Assembly: GCA_053919585.1 (NCBI GenBank)
Contig: CM132809.1
Length of the DNA: 64,000 bases
Source: Euprymna scolopes
Taxonomy: Eukaryota
Reading direction: 5' to 3' (one strand)
This document shows positions 11,661 through 25,065 of the stretch, piece by piece. The notes under the pieces were generated by a model. The model saw only the letters and a list, made by a program, of their open reading frames with translations. It was not told the origin of the DNA and searched no databases. Within the stretch, counting starts at the first letter, position 1; each line of letters begins with the position of its first letter. The position numbers and the translations under genes were made by a program.

Positions 11661-12794
11661 ACACGGACATACCACAAGACCGACTTTCCTAGGTGACCAT
11701 TGTGCAAATACAAATATATTCGTATATGAAATATGAATATGCACACATGTATTTGTAAGTTGTATTAACAAATTTCTTACTTGCTTCAGTTTGTATCTTT
11801 CCGTTATTTCTGCGTTGTACCGCCGTCTACAATTCTATTTAACTACATACTATACAATGCTTCAAGCACACTACACCAACCTCTTATATATGATCCGTCG
11901 ATATTATTGTATACACTAAAAGTCATTACAGTATTTATGCGTTCATTGTATAACGATTGCTATTCTCACAAGGTTATAAACTTCGTACCCCATAAACCTT
12001 ACATTATTCAAGTAGAAATTTGCTTAAAATATAGTGCGGTCTAAGAACGACGACAGCCTTTACTGTGGCTAATATTTCTCGCCCTGATAACCCCATTTTG
12101 CGTAAACCAAATCTAACATCCGGCAAACAGCAAGTCAGAATATATTGGCTTTTAATTCCCTTGTCGCATTTCCTTTTTATTAGATCTGACGCTAGATTAA
12201 ACTCTTGTCAATTTTATAGTGATTTGCGATTCAAAAAGTCGTGCGGTTGGCCGATATGTGGGTAGGCAAGTTTCCAACTCTGTTTGTCGCAGATAAAATT
12301 TCGAAAACGTTCATAAAATAGTCCAGAAGTAACGACAGTTTTACGTGAAAATAAGTCATTAAGTCTACTTTTATACTGTCATAAATAAAAAAAAAGAGAA
12401 TGAGAGTTAGATTTCGTTATTTAGAAACATATAAAATGTTAAGAAACACCCGATAATTATTCTTTGTTTGATAATAATAAATGAAATTTAGTAAAAATAT
12501 GTGCCACATATATTTCTTTAATTTTCTGACAATTTCCTAAAACATATTGGTACAATTCTTGGAATATTATTATTTTGTAATCATTGGACACATGTCTCTT
12601 CGGATGTGAAAATACTTGTTTATAATTCCTTAAAAAAATATATAAGATAACAATGTGGGATGGTTAAGCCGCGGTAGTTCCAAATGTATGTTTGTGGGGT
12701 GGGGGGCATGTTCTACTTGTTGTTTGTATATAGCACTCTTAGGGGAAGGCCCTTGACATGTAAACTGTCAGAATATACTGATTCTTGTCATGCC

Positions 12795-12879
<85 letters not shown>

Positions 12880-13093
12880 CAATTCATGTGAATTCCTATA
12901 GAGTCTAATATCCGCCGCAGAGCTTTTAGAGATGGATGTCAGTCCTGCGGGGACCGGCTGAAACGTAAGGTAATGGGCAAGTTTTTATATGTATTCCTAG
13001 ACGCTAACAACAATGCGACAAGGCAGGAAGGAAGAGTAGGATGAAGAAAACCAATTATTACTTACATATATGTATATACATATAACTATATAA

Positions 13094-13136
<43 letters not shown>

Positions 13137-13137
<1 letters not shown>

Positions 13138-16100
13138 CAGTAAAGGTTTATCTGATAGAATTAGATCTATGGTGTCTCGCTGTTTTATGCGCGTTAACCC
13201 TGTGTGGTATTTAGTACCAAGGATTTCACGGCTGTTCAGAAAGGTGTTCTACCTGCACTTAACAAAGGTGCAGTAATTTATGAGTTCAAATGTCAGTGCT
13301 GTACTGAATATGTGGGTCGACCTCTTCAGCGCCTGTGGGTCACACTAGCACATGATATACCTTCACGATTTCGGTATCCCTGTATGTCTAATAAGTACCT
13401 ATCGACGAACACATCCACGCCTTTAAGGAAAACGCCCGCATGCATACTTTGCACATCGGAGTCCTCACCGAATCATGATTTGGCGATCGGGCAACATTTG
13501 CTCGATAATACATTTCTTGGAGATGCGAATTCTGATGGTTTTCTTTCGTAACGTGCACATTGCTTTCTCTAAACATTTATTAAATATTTTGGGCGCTTTG
13601 TGTCTAACGATGCGCTGGTTTTTGGTGTTACATTTTTTACTCTGATACTGGCGACAATTACTTTTGTTTTTTTCCGACCCCACGTTTGAGAAGAAAATAA
13701 ACATAAACAAATAACTTCTTATTTTTTAAAAGGATATTCACTTTTTTTTTCTTAATCATTACCCCCGGTGTTTTCTCTTGGCAATTTATTGTCTCGAGTT
13801 TCATTAAAGGTTATTTTTTATTATCATCATTCATGAATACGGATGACCCAAAAAAACAGAGGACATTCAATTGTTTTTCTGAACATTTTACAGTCAACGT
13901 AGAAAAAAAAGGTCAAAGATCCTAGTATTTTGATTTGATGTTTTGAATATAATAAACTAGTTTTGACCAAAGTTTCATTTCATGCGGACAAAACATTAAG
14001 AAACGGGGTTAAATTAGATTTGGGTCAGTTTTTTTGGTAACCCTGTATATGAATTATTCTTAGACCATTTTTATTAACGTATGGTAGCTTTCCCCTTGTT
14101 AATTATTTGTTTCCGAGCTCGGCATGTCTCCAGACAGCTTGTTCAAAGCTATTATTTACTTTTAAAATTATATTTAAATATCTCCCGATTAGGTCAGCGT
14201 AAAATTGCATTGCTATATACAATTGTACAACTTTGGGGTATAATTACTTCACTTAGAGCAAGAGTTTATTTTTGACACCTGGCTTTTACAGTTATGTCGC
14301 CTCTTGTTACATTTATCGGCGCATTGCCAGAATAAACGCCAGCAACGCACTTAATTTTGAACGAGATTTTTAACAAAGATGAGGGCACGAACTTTGGTCA
14401 CAGTCTTGTGTTAATTCTATTTAAATACCGTCGCCTTCGCTCGTTTATGTGGGCTAGCCTCTATTTTTGTGATAGAATACGGTTCTACAAATATCTATCT
14501 TCTGGTGACAATTATCGTAGAAAAAAAGCCCGTTCCAACCGTCAGAGACCCATTGACCTACTTATTCGTAGCAGACATGGTGTAGGTATCGAAGTTGACC
14601 AACGTGTATTGAATTTCTCGGATGTTACCCTCTCCCACACCGACAAACTAGTATAAGCCAGAAGTTTTCACGTGCGTCTCCCTCCACCTCGCATTGATAA
14701 GGCGAATATTTTTGCCGAATTTGAGGTGCTACATTCTCAGCTCAAACACCATGAACCTAACCCAAGTGAGGATGCCCTCGATATGAAGGCAATGTTAGTG
14801 AATCTCGCATACAGTTTTGCCAAGTATTCTATTAGCACAAATGAATTTGTATGGAACAAAATTCATTATCAGGCTGCTAAACATTTAAAGTCTAATAAGG
14901 ATATTTATATTGCTAAACCTGACAAGGGTGCCGGTGGAGTCATTCTCAATAGCGATGACTACACCCATAAATTACTAGATATTCTCAATGATGGAACAAA
15001 ATTAAAGAACATTGGTAATACTTCAAAGGAAAACATTTTGACTACTGAAGTAAAACTTTGAGTGCGTTTTCCTCGGTTACATAAAATTACGTTTTCAGCA
15101 AGTACACTTATGAAAGGATCCGATCTGTATGTCCGCAGACACCACGGATGTACAAATTGCCGAATATCCATAAGGATGGTGTTCCATCAAGGCTAATCTT
15201 ATCTATGATTAGATCAGCTCAACATAAACTTGGAATGATGCTGGCCGAGATTCTGGAAGCTGTGTTGAACAAATTGTCACATGCCATGCGTGAACAATTA
15301 TGTAGTCTTCACACAAATTTTCTTTGTTCCTTTGATATCACTAGCTTATTTACGAACGTTCCACTCGATTAAACGGTTCAACTATGTGCAGATATCTTAT
15401 AGCTGAGCAAACTAACCCCTCCTGCTTTTCCAGAGAAACTCTTTCCGGAACTTATAGAACTGCCACTAAGTCGGTCAGTTTCAACTTCAACAATGAAATA
15501 TAAAAGCAGGTAGATGGGATGCCAATTCGTTTTTCTGTAGGTGCTATCCTTGCTAATATCTTCCTACGTTCACAGGCATCTGTGTCATCCACTCGAGTTT
15601 AAGAACGTTTCGTTATTGCCGATACGTTGATGACTCCTTAACTATTTTCTAGTATCGCCATGAAGTGAGTTAACTTCTCCTGCATTTGAATAATCTTTAC
15701 ATAGCTTTAAAATTTAACTTGTAGGCGGAGCATAACGCCTTTCTTCCCTTTTTTGATGTTTTGGTAGAAAGGACAGGTAACAATTTCTCTACCACAAGAT
15801 ACAGGAAACCGACTTTCACGGGCATGAATACCCGTTGGGACTCCTTTGCTCCTATGCGTTTGAAAATAAGCTTTAATGAAACGTTGGTTCCCCGGGCGCT
15901 TATGATTTGCAAGGCCAGAAAATTAGAAGCTGAATTGATAACATATACACGTTATACGAATGGTTTTCTTGAGTGTATTATTGGCAAGATTATTCAGAAA
16001 AAAAAACTTGCGCAATCAAACACTGACATTTGGTTCGGGCCACCAACGGTATATTTAAAGCTCACTTTAACTGGCGCTATCAGTGAAGATTTTTTTTTCT

Positions 16101-16617
16101 GATAGAATCAGATCTGTGGTGTCCCCCTGTTAATATGCGGTTTAACGCCGTGTGGTATTTGGAACCAAGAAAGCTTTCCCGGTTTTTAAGGAAGATGTTC
16201 GACCAACAATGGACATAAGTGTAGTAATTTATGAATTCAAATGTCAGTTCGGTGCTAAATATGTGGGTCGAACTCTTTAACTCTGGGTGTCACACTGGCC
16301 CAGCATATACCTGCAGGATATCGGGTCCGTGTATGTCTAAAAAGTACATATCGACGATCACATCCCGGCTTTTAAGAAATCCCTCCGAGTGCTTGTTTAG
16401 CACATCCGGGCCCTCACCGGTGTATAATTCAGCGACCATGCAACATTTGCTCGATAATAAATTATTTGGAACTGCGTTTCGAATGTTTTGTTTCGTACTG
16501 TGCACAAGACTCGCTCTAAACATTTGATGGCTATTTTGGAGGATTGTGTGTAACGATACATAAGACTTCACTGTGTAGCCAGAAAGAGCTCTAACACGAT
16601 GGACTAGTTTACGGAGC

Positions 16618-16696
<79 letters not shown>

Positions 16697-17030
16697 CTAG
16701 ATTTAGGCGACAATTATTTTTTTTTCGCGTATAATTTTCAATTTTCCCCGTTAGAGGAGAAAAAACACATACTTATTTTTTTAGAGGATAGTTACCAGTT
16801 TTTGTTTCTTAATCCTAACCGCTGATGTTTTCTCTTGAAAAATATCTGTTGAAACACGTCTCGAGGTTTATTTAGATTCTTGTTTTTATAAACGCTAAAA
16901 CATAAATATATACATTTACTCTTAAATCGTTTTTATAAACGAATTGTTGCTCTCCTCGTAAGGCATTGTTTGTTTACCAGCTTATCATGTCTCCGGAAAT
17001 CTTGTTCAAAGCTATTATATAATGTATTAC
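13137..17030 (+). mobile_element. Penelope-like element C, near full-length but decayed, partial-tandem structure
   Basis: Frameshifted ORF from about 14124 to 16600 with KPDKG, SFDITSLFTNVP, CRYVDD, RKPTFTG and GIY-YIG VIYEFKCQ..YVGR. The upstream direct repeat 13137-14165 matches 16080-17020. Both ends abut (TA)n. Confidence 0.9.
13838..14047. mobile_element. Tc1/mariner-type MITE of about 210 bp nested in the PLE-C upstream repeat
   Basis: Terminal inverted repeats tacggatgacccaaaaaaac and gtttttttggtaaccctgta with TA ends. Absent from the downstream repeat copy. Confidence 0.65.
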
Positions 17031-17034
17031 CACA

Positions 17035-17091
<57 letters not shown>

Positions 17092-17740
17092 ATATATATA
17101 TGCATACACATATGTATACGCACACACCCATACATATGTGTGTGTNNNNNNNNNNNNNNNNNNNNNNNNNNNNNNNNNNNNNNNNNNNNNNNNNNNNNNN
17201 NNNNNNNNNNNNNNNNNNNNNNNNNNNNNNNNNNNNNNNNNNNNNNNNNNNNNNNNNNNNNNNNNNNNNNNNNNNNNNNNNNNNNNNNNNNNNNNNNNNN
17301 NNNNNNNNNNNNNNNNNNNNNNNNNNNNNNNNNNNNNNNNNNNNNNNNNNNNNNNNNNNNNNNNNNNNNNNNNNNNNNNNNNNNNNNNNNNNNNNNNNNN
17401 NNNNNNNNNNNNNNNNNNNNNNNNNNNNNNNNNNNNNNNNNNNNNNNNNNNNNNNNNNNNNNNNNNNNNNNNNAACCTTAATTATTTAAAAACATCAGAA
17501 AAAAAGCATGTTCTACTGTAACGAAGAATAGTTTTACTTATATGAACAAACTTTGATGGCAATATTCTTAAAGGAGTCCTCAGTTGTATATCATAAAATA
17601 CAGTTCCAGTATTTAAAAACAAAATAGTTTATTCAATCATGACTAGCCAGTTGATTTGATAAAACACCACCTTCCTTGCAAAAAAGAAACCAAATTATTG
17701 TTTATACTATATTTAGTTTGTTTTTCTCCATATATATGTA

Positions 17741-18101
17741 CATATAGCCCCCGCTATGAGTGCCAGTGAAACACCGACAGTCCGGCGGTCGAGCACTCAA
17801 GAGAAATAAACCTACATCACAGAAGAACTTGTATAAAACTAATAAAACATGTTTAGCTCTTATATCGAAAGAGTTTCTTTGTAATCGAGCACTTTGTCGG
17901 AACTCTTTCCCCAAAATACAGTAAGCAAATACATAGCCCCCGCTAGGAGTGACAGTTGAACACCGACAACCCGACGGTCGAACACTCTAGAGAAAGAAAC
18001 CCACATCACAGAAGAACATCTCTAAAACTAATAAATAAATATTTAGCACTTATATCGAAAAAAAGTTTTTCTTTATAATCAAGCACTTTGTCGGAACTCT
18101 T
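17741..18101. repeat. 189-bp tandem repeat, two visible units, running into an N block
   Basis: tagcccccgcta(t/g)gagtg.. starts at 17745 and 17934, and the units align along their length. Confidence 0.9.
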
Positions 18102-18235
18102 NNNNNNNNNNNNNNNNNNNNNNNNNNNNNNNNNNNNNNNNNNNNNNNNNNNNNNNNNNNNNNNNNNNNNNNNNNNNNNNNNNNNNNNNNNNNNNNNNNN
18201 NNNNNNNNNNNNNNNNNNNNNNNNNNNNNNNNNNN

Positions 18236-18280
18236 TCGAGAGCTCCTTCGTCTATCATCTCGTCCGGAGTATATCGATAG
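18236..18280 (-). ncRNA. hammerhead motif in the PLE-D pLTR (degenerate, cut by N)
   Basis: Minus strand TACTC-CGGACGA-GATGATAGAC-GAAG-GAGCTC-TC-GA; same family as 4940-4980. Confidence 0.6.
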
Positions 18281-20165
18281 CGAACAAAATAATATTGTGT
18301 CGAAAAATAAAGAGTTCTAATGGGGATTAAATGTGCCAAAAGTACGGGGACACTAAATACATTTATTAACATTTAAAATCGATTAAAATATTGGCACAAC
18401 GAGGGAGGGAAAAAGCGGGAGAAAAGATTCAAAGTTTCCCAAATAGAAACAATGCGTTAGATGTTTCTTTTTGTCGGCACAAAGAAGGTTGACCCACCGC
18501 AATAAAAACAGCCTCCAAAATCTTTAAGTGGTTTTTGGAGTCCGCTCTATGTAGCACCTCGAACCAATTTATTTTATATCTATCGGCACAGCACGGGTTG
18601 TCAACCAAATTCTGGCCAATAGCAGAGTCCGAGGCTGCAGAAGGATGGAGACCAGCAGATCCCATCCTCCCTTGTCTGATCCTCGATGGAACATGCTGGT
18701 TTATACGAGTCAAAATGTGCAAGGATGTTCGCTCAACATTACCAGCATCGAACTGACATCTAAACTGATATACAATGTTACTATTTTGGATGTAAGGCAA
18801 AATATCCTTGCGAAAAGACAGAAAAGCAGGTCTCGTAGTATATACCAAGGGCAAGGACACAGAATTAAAGCACTCGTAAATACTTCTGCGAATCTGTTTG
18901 GAAAGTCTATTACTCCTCTCCCCAATCAACGGTAATTTCAAATAAACTGGGCATTTCCAGGTCCAAACTTTTTAAGGGATTTAAAATCCGAAACCTGTCT
19001 AAAAATACAGTCATAAATAAGGTCAACAGGATAACTATTATTGGTGAATATTTCCCTTATCTTATCGAGTTTTGCATCTAATCTGTTAGGCGAACAAATC
19101 ATGAGGGTTCTATGTACCAAATTATTAATTAGGCCGATCTTACGTGATTTTGGTACAAAAGACAACCAGTTCACATATAGGCCAGTAAATGTCGGCTTTC
19201 TATAAATTGTAGTGAGAAAGTCCCACCCCTTTAGCGTTCAACAAGAACATCCAAGAAAGGAAGCGAATTGTCCTTCTCACTTTCCATAATTAACTTAAGA
19301 GCCGCATGTAAGGAATTCAACCTATTAAAAAGTATCGACGCGTCACTTTGCGTTGGAAAAATGGCAAAAGTGTCGTCAACATATCTGAAATATGCAGTGG
19401 GTTTAGTTGTAGAATTACACATACCGGATTCATGTTACCCGACGAAAATATCCGCTATAGTTGAGGTCAATGGACTCCTTATAGAAACCCCGTCAACCTG
19501 ATAGTACATAATATCACAAAAACTAAACTCCACGGATGTAGTACACATTAACATGAGTTCAATAAGAATCTCTGTAGAAAACCGTGGAGCAGTCAGGCGA
19601 CCATCATATAGAGCGTCGGTACATATGCGTATGGTCTCATCCAACGGTATGTTGGTAAAGAGACTAGAGACATCAAATGAGCACATAAAAGACGTCTCTT
19701 CATTTGAATCCAGCCCACGTACACAATCAACGAACCGAAAAGAATCTGGGGTACAATGCGTGGTGTAAAACTCACGCACAGGTTGCAGAATTCTCACAAG
19801 CCACTGAGCCAAAGAATGTTGTGCTGAACCAACCATTGACACAATAGGTCTCAGTGGAACGCTTTGCTTATGCATTTTGGGGAGGGAATACATTTTGGGA
19901 CGTTGTGACCCAGAAGGCCTGCTACTGTCGTAGACATCCTTGCAAAAAACCTTCTTTTTAAATAATGCAAGTAGACGTCTTTGCATTTTAGCCTCGTTCT
20001 TGCAAGTATTGTCCGTCAACTTGATAGAGCCGAGTTTACGGAATTTCGAAACATCATTGAGAATAACTGCCATTTTCTCAACGAAGTCCGATTTATCCAA
20101 AATCACCACTCCTGCACTTTTGTCTGGTTTACACATATAAATATCAATATTAGACTTTAATGCTT
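18236..20165 (-). mobile_element. Penelope-like element D, 5'-truncated: RT, GIY-YIG and pLTR
   Basis: ORFs 19435-20136 (KPDKSAGVV, SFDVSSLFTNIP), 19231-19422 (YFRYVDD, LPFLDV), 18938-19174 (thumb) and 18429-18941 (IVYQFRC..SAIGQNL..LEAVFI..PSLCRQKE). Confidence 0.92.
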
Positions 20166-20695
20166 TTTCCCCTGTACTTTATTATCCCTCTAGGTCTCCC
20201 ATTACGGGTATATATATATACATATATATTAGTTGACAAAACACGTGTTTGAGGATTTTTGTGTTCATTTAAAATATGCTTCGTTTAAAACGTTTTCATT
20301 TTCATACATTTTTAAAAGATATTGTAAAGAAAATCTTGTTTTATACACTAGTATAAATCACGATCATCTCTTATATATAATACTTTCATTGCAGAAATTA
20401 TCCTTTGGGCTAAATAACGTGTTTGTTTGCAACAAGAGATGCCATATCCACATTTATTATATCTAAAATGTACCTTATATCTAACATTTGAACGGAGTAT
20501 AAGACATATTTATTCGTTATAATGAAATCCTACATTACTTCATACGAGCAAAAATATCACGATGTCACAAATCACAGAGAGAAAAATTCCAGTGTTCCCC
20601 TTTACTTGATAATCCCTCTAATTCTCCCATAAGAATCTGATAAATATATAATCATTATAGATATATTGACCAAACATCCTTATTTAGAGGATCAA
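20165..20695. repeat. diverged direct repeat of about 100 bp (20165-20256 and 20593-20692)
   Basis: ttcccct(g/t)tactt..atccctcta..ctcccat..ttgac(a/c)aaaca..gaggat is present twice. Confidence 0.5.
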
Positions 20696-21909
20696 AAAAT
20701 AAGACACTTCCAACTTACATTGCACTTAATAATTCCAAAAATATTAGTTCTCCCTAAAAAGAGTACGCCTATTCTCATTTGTTGTGACGAATAAATTCTA
20801 TTATTCTGGATTGTATGTAAAAATATAAAACACGAATACGAAAGCCTTGAGTCTAGATGTTCGATTCATCGCCACAATCTTTTAAACTTCATTCATTTTT
20901 TTACTATTGTTGTGTTTTCCTTTATTTTCGAAACTGATGTTTGCATTTGCTTACAAGTACACATGCCACTACGCATTATCAAACTGAGTATTAATTACAT
21001 TAAAACATCCGGTACCTGCGTCCTAAATTGACAGAGACTAAAATTGACAGATATATCTGTAAATCAATTATATTTTTCCATCGTAGCTTTTTTATTTTAC
21101 AGACAGGTGCTTACAAAATTAACCATAACGCTTACTTAAAAGTTACACTTGCCATTGCTCATGATTTGGACTAACATAACATGCACATTTATACATAAAA
21201 ATAAACGTTGCAGTTTTCTTCATGTAATACCCTGTTTCTGGCGTTCTTAATTAACCGATGCTAAAATGGACTGATATCTATTAAAATCATTCGCACTTTA
21301 CTATCCTGAATTTCACAGACTAGTTTTTAGAGGAAATAATTATAATATTTAGTTCAAATTTACACATGTTATTTCGCATTATTTGGATCTATATTATTTA
21401 CCAATTATCATTTTGCTAAATTCAACGCGTATTTTGTTACCATCACCAAGAAATATTTGACACAAAATTTATTTGCTCAGTTATGGTCACACAGTACGTG
21501 TTCAATAAAATAGAATGTTATAATCAAAAAAATTTTCACCGAATATATATGTTATATTTTTGACGATTTAATCCTTTTCTGGCGTCCCATTTACAGACAA
21601 TTTTAGAAATTACGAAACTGCCTTTCAATGGATATTCGTTGTGTATTCTACTGTTACATTATCTCCTCAAATTCATTCAAAGTAACTCATTTATTTAATT
21701 ATTCACTTTTTTATTTTATCAATATTCGAACCAATTAAAGTATTAGCGTGATAAGCAGCGGCTACGACTTTATTAATTATTTTAACTAATATTATCTCTC
21801 GCAATAAAAAAACTATTTCACTAGAGGTATATCGAATCCGCATCCTTATCTTATGAACCAGTTGTCGCTGGATCTACCTAATAAGCATACGTGGATAATC
21901 AAGTATATA

Positions 21910-24600
21910 CATGTGGTTGGTACTATAAAGACGGGATGGATCCAATAAGTCTAAAAGAGAGACCCAGGGTGACACGAGATCAAGAGTCGACGATCACACA
22001 GCCGACACCTTCGCTAGGGATAGCCTCACCCTGACTGTACTAATGAACTCTATGTCAATTTTGTATATTTCATCGCTTTCAATATATATTTTTTACTTTA
22101 CTTTTGTAGTGTAGTAATTTATTCCATGTGTACACTACACCTTCAACAATGGCAACGAAGGATTCAGAACTTTACGATATTTAAAATAGTCGTTAAAAGA
22201 GAACTAAGAATTACGGGGATTTTCCTCAGAAAAAAATTGATATATTTCGTTCCACTAAAAACGGTTACTTTAAATTGAAAAAACAAGTTATCTGCAACGA
22301 CACACCTTAAAACTGATTTGACTACGAAATTATACATGAAATTATAACACGCACTAATACAACGTGCCAACGAACTGCCAAATATTCATATTTTATCTGT
22401 GCCTTTCTATAGTGACGAAATCAAAATCAGGAAGGTTTTCGTATAATACCTGAACAAAACTACAGTGACAAAAGAAAGAAGGAACAAGAAACAATGCCTA
22501 ATTTTTTTTTTTTAATTCGTTTTTTGTGTTGAAAGTAAAATAAGTCATACTTGCTGAGAGTAAAGTAATATTCTGTCAACAAAATATAAAAGAATGTCAA
22601 AAGTTGATTATCACGGACTTACGGATCTCCAAAGCAAGATACGAAATAAAAAGACGTAAGTCTGTTAAATTTTTTATCTCAAATTATATCTTTGGTTTGA
22701 ACAAATTAAATATATATTCAATGTTGCATATACAGTATTATCTAAGCATAAAAGATTTCTAAAAAACGATAGCCCACTTATTCAAATCACAGCAAGAATG
22801 TCAACCGCAGCATAATAAACAACTGACCTATAATTAGGGCAAACCGGACAATGCACAAAAATATCAATCAAAGCAAAATGAACAAATCGGTTTGTTGTTG
22901 AAGATGTAGAACAGCAAAAATTTAAAGAAAAAAGAAGATAAAAGACTAAAAAAAAAACAGGGTAAACGTTCGCATTCCTGTAGTTAGAAATCGAAAATAT
23001 CATACCCCCGAATAAACAAACGGAATTTAAAACTGAATTACAAAGGAAGCAATGTCCAGGTCCGAAGAAATACGGAAACAAAATTTAGAAATCCAAACGT
23101 TAACCTACAAAAAACAATAACCAGGCAAATTAAGGTAATTCTACCCACTCTACTTACACTATATTTAATTCGCTGGAAAATTTTAACGACGTACCAGACG
23201 AAGACAAAACGTTTTAATCGTATTATAGATTATGAGGATAGACAAACCGTGAAAGCTGGTCGAACTAAAGGACATTTAGTTTATTACTAAGAAAACTAGG
23301 TAGAGCGGAACATATCAAATTTGCAGATGTTATTCTACAGAGGAAAACAAATGAGTTGGACTTCTTGGAGACATTTTAATTGCTAAAATAGCTGCTTGGA
23401 CCCAATATGTTTTCATGGCATAAGCGATGGTTACGCGTGCATGTCTTTAAATCTGATGATCAGGATTATATAACATGTGCGTCTATAGCGAATATACATT
23501 GTGACAACTTCAGATTGGCAGAGATTATGGTTGAGGATTTCATTTGCTTAATTCTTGCTTAAAGGCATATCAATTAAAATTTACGAAGTAAGTCGTAGAA
23601 TTTAGTCTCAACTGGAATCTGAACACAACCTTACCTTTCAGAAATTAGCAGAGGATTGCCAGTGGGGCGTATGTTTACAGAAAGTGTCACGAAAAATCGA
23701 AGACGCTGGCATTGCTCATATTGACAAATAGAACAGCAGTAAAAATACCCATCAGCCAGAAATTGGGGTAAAAAGTCGGCGTTTTATAAATGTAGACAAG
23801 CAAAAATAAATGTTAAAAAGTGAGGATGAACGAAATGTCCCACATTATAATTGCAGACGTTGCAAGGAAAGAGGCTGGGAAGTTAGTTACCCTTTAGAAT
23901 AAGAAATGTTTCGTTTGCAACAAGAGTGGGCAGAATGTTTCGTGTTGTAAAACCAAAAAAGAACTCAATAGACGAATGAGACAAACAAGTTTAAATATCA
24001 AATCAGACAGATATTGTAGGAAATACGTTACGACTTAGATATTTAGACAAATTATCAAATTGTAGCTCGGCTCAGGAGCCTGGCAATAATCGACTATAAA
24101 ACATGCCCATTATTTAATATTCTTACGGTAATGGAGTGAAAGAAACTCGCTCTAACTGGCAAGAATATTAACTTCGAAGGCAAGGTTGTTCTTCCTATAA
24201 AGCTAAACAGTATCGGTAGACAGATAAAAAAAATTTTACTGAAACATGGGGAAAACATTAAAGACAGACATGGATGTTGATATGACAAAGTTGGTTCATT
24301 AATATAAAATGGTGTGTGTTAGCAGCAACGAACCCACGTCTAGTTTAAAAACAATGGCTCAACACGTATCTTTCGTAGACAAGATTAACAATCGATTAGC
24401 CCAGTAGAAGAATATACCTACTTGCTGCAGATAGCTTAACAAAATGGCCAGAAGTGCTACACTGCAAGAGACCTACGACCAATATCACAACCACATTTCT
24501 ACTTTAAGTATTTGTACGGTTCGATGTGCAAGAGTGTATTGTGAGTTACATTGGAACACAATTTACTTCTGAAGAGTTTGGGGATTTCTGTCAATACGCA
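21910..24600 (+). mobile_element. decayed Gypsy LTR retrotransposon (Mag/K02A2.6-like): LTR end with PBS, gag, CCHC, protease trace, integrase
   Basis: ...cttcaaCA followed by tggcaacgaagg (PBS-like) at 22148. Gag PDEDKTF..LLLRKLGRAEH..LTFQKLAEDCQ at 23150-23670, KCFVCNKSG knuckle near 23905, integrase DSLTKWPEV..GTQFTSEEFGDFC at 24430-24590. Confidence 0.8.
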
Positions 24601-24973
24601 ATAGAGAGTAGATCTTAGTGCAAGAGAAAGGAAATAAAACCTGTAAGCTAAACTTTACGATGGAATTTTTCTTTGACTAAATACCCCCACAATCTATTTA
24701 CAAAATCCTTATTCCGCGGAGTTTCAAAGAATGCTATTCTTACTATTAATCTAATGACAGGACAGAAAAAAAATCAGCAAATTATATTTGCAGGAATATT
24801 AAAGTTTACTAGTCATAGCATTAAGTCAAACTGCAATTCAGTGTAGTCATAGATTGCCAAGAAGTGAAAAAATGACTTTGTAAACTGTTGTTTGAGTATT
24901 CAGTCGAACAACAAATTTTGATTGTAAAGTTAAATTGCAATTTAATTTTATTTCTCTTAAATATATTTATGTA

Positions 24974-25065
<92 letters not shown>

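Larger units (their letters stand above)
9976..11824 (+). mobile_element. Penelope-like element B 3' fragment with inverted pLTR arms (9976-10235 -, 11555-11824 +)
   Basis: 10240-10530 encodes a GIY-YIG C-terminus (HLHIRVKEHIK..SSVRKHV..LRIKESILIAKLHPKINRRHE). The 260-bp arms are reverse complements and each carries an HHR. Confidence 0.75.

Noticed and set aside
12935-12972. Possible hammerhead (..ctgcggggaccggctgaaacgtaagg)
   Set aside because: The first core box is too degenerate and there is no second copy for support.
17866-17910. Hammerhead inside the 189-bp repeat (CCGACAA...GAAA on the minus strand)
   Set aside because: There is no room for helix III or a UH site between GAAA and the closing stem in either unit.
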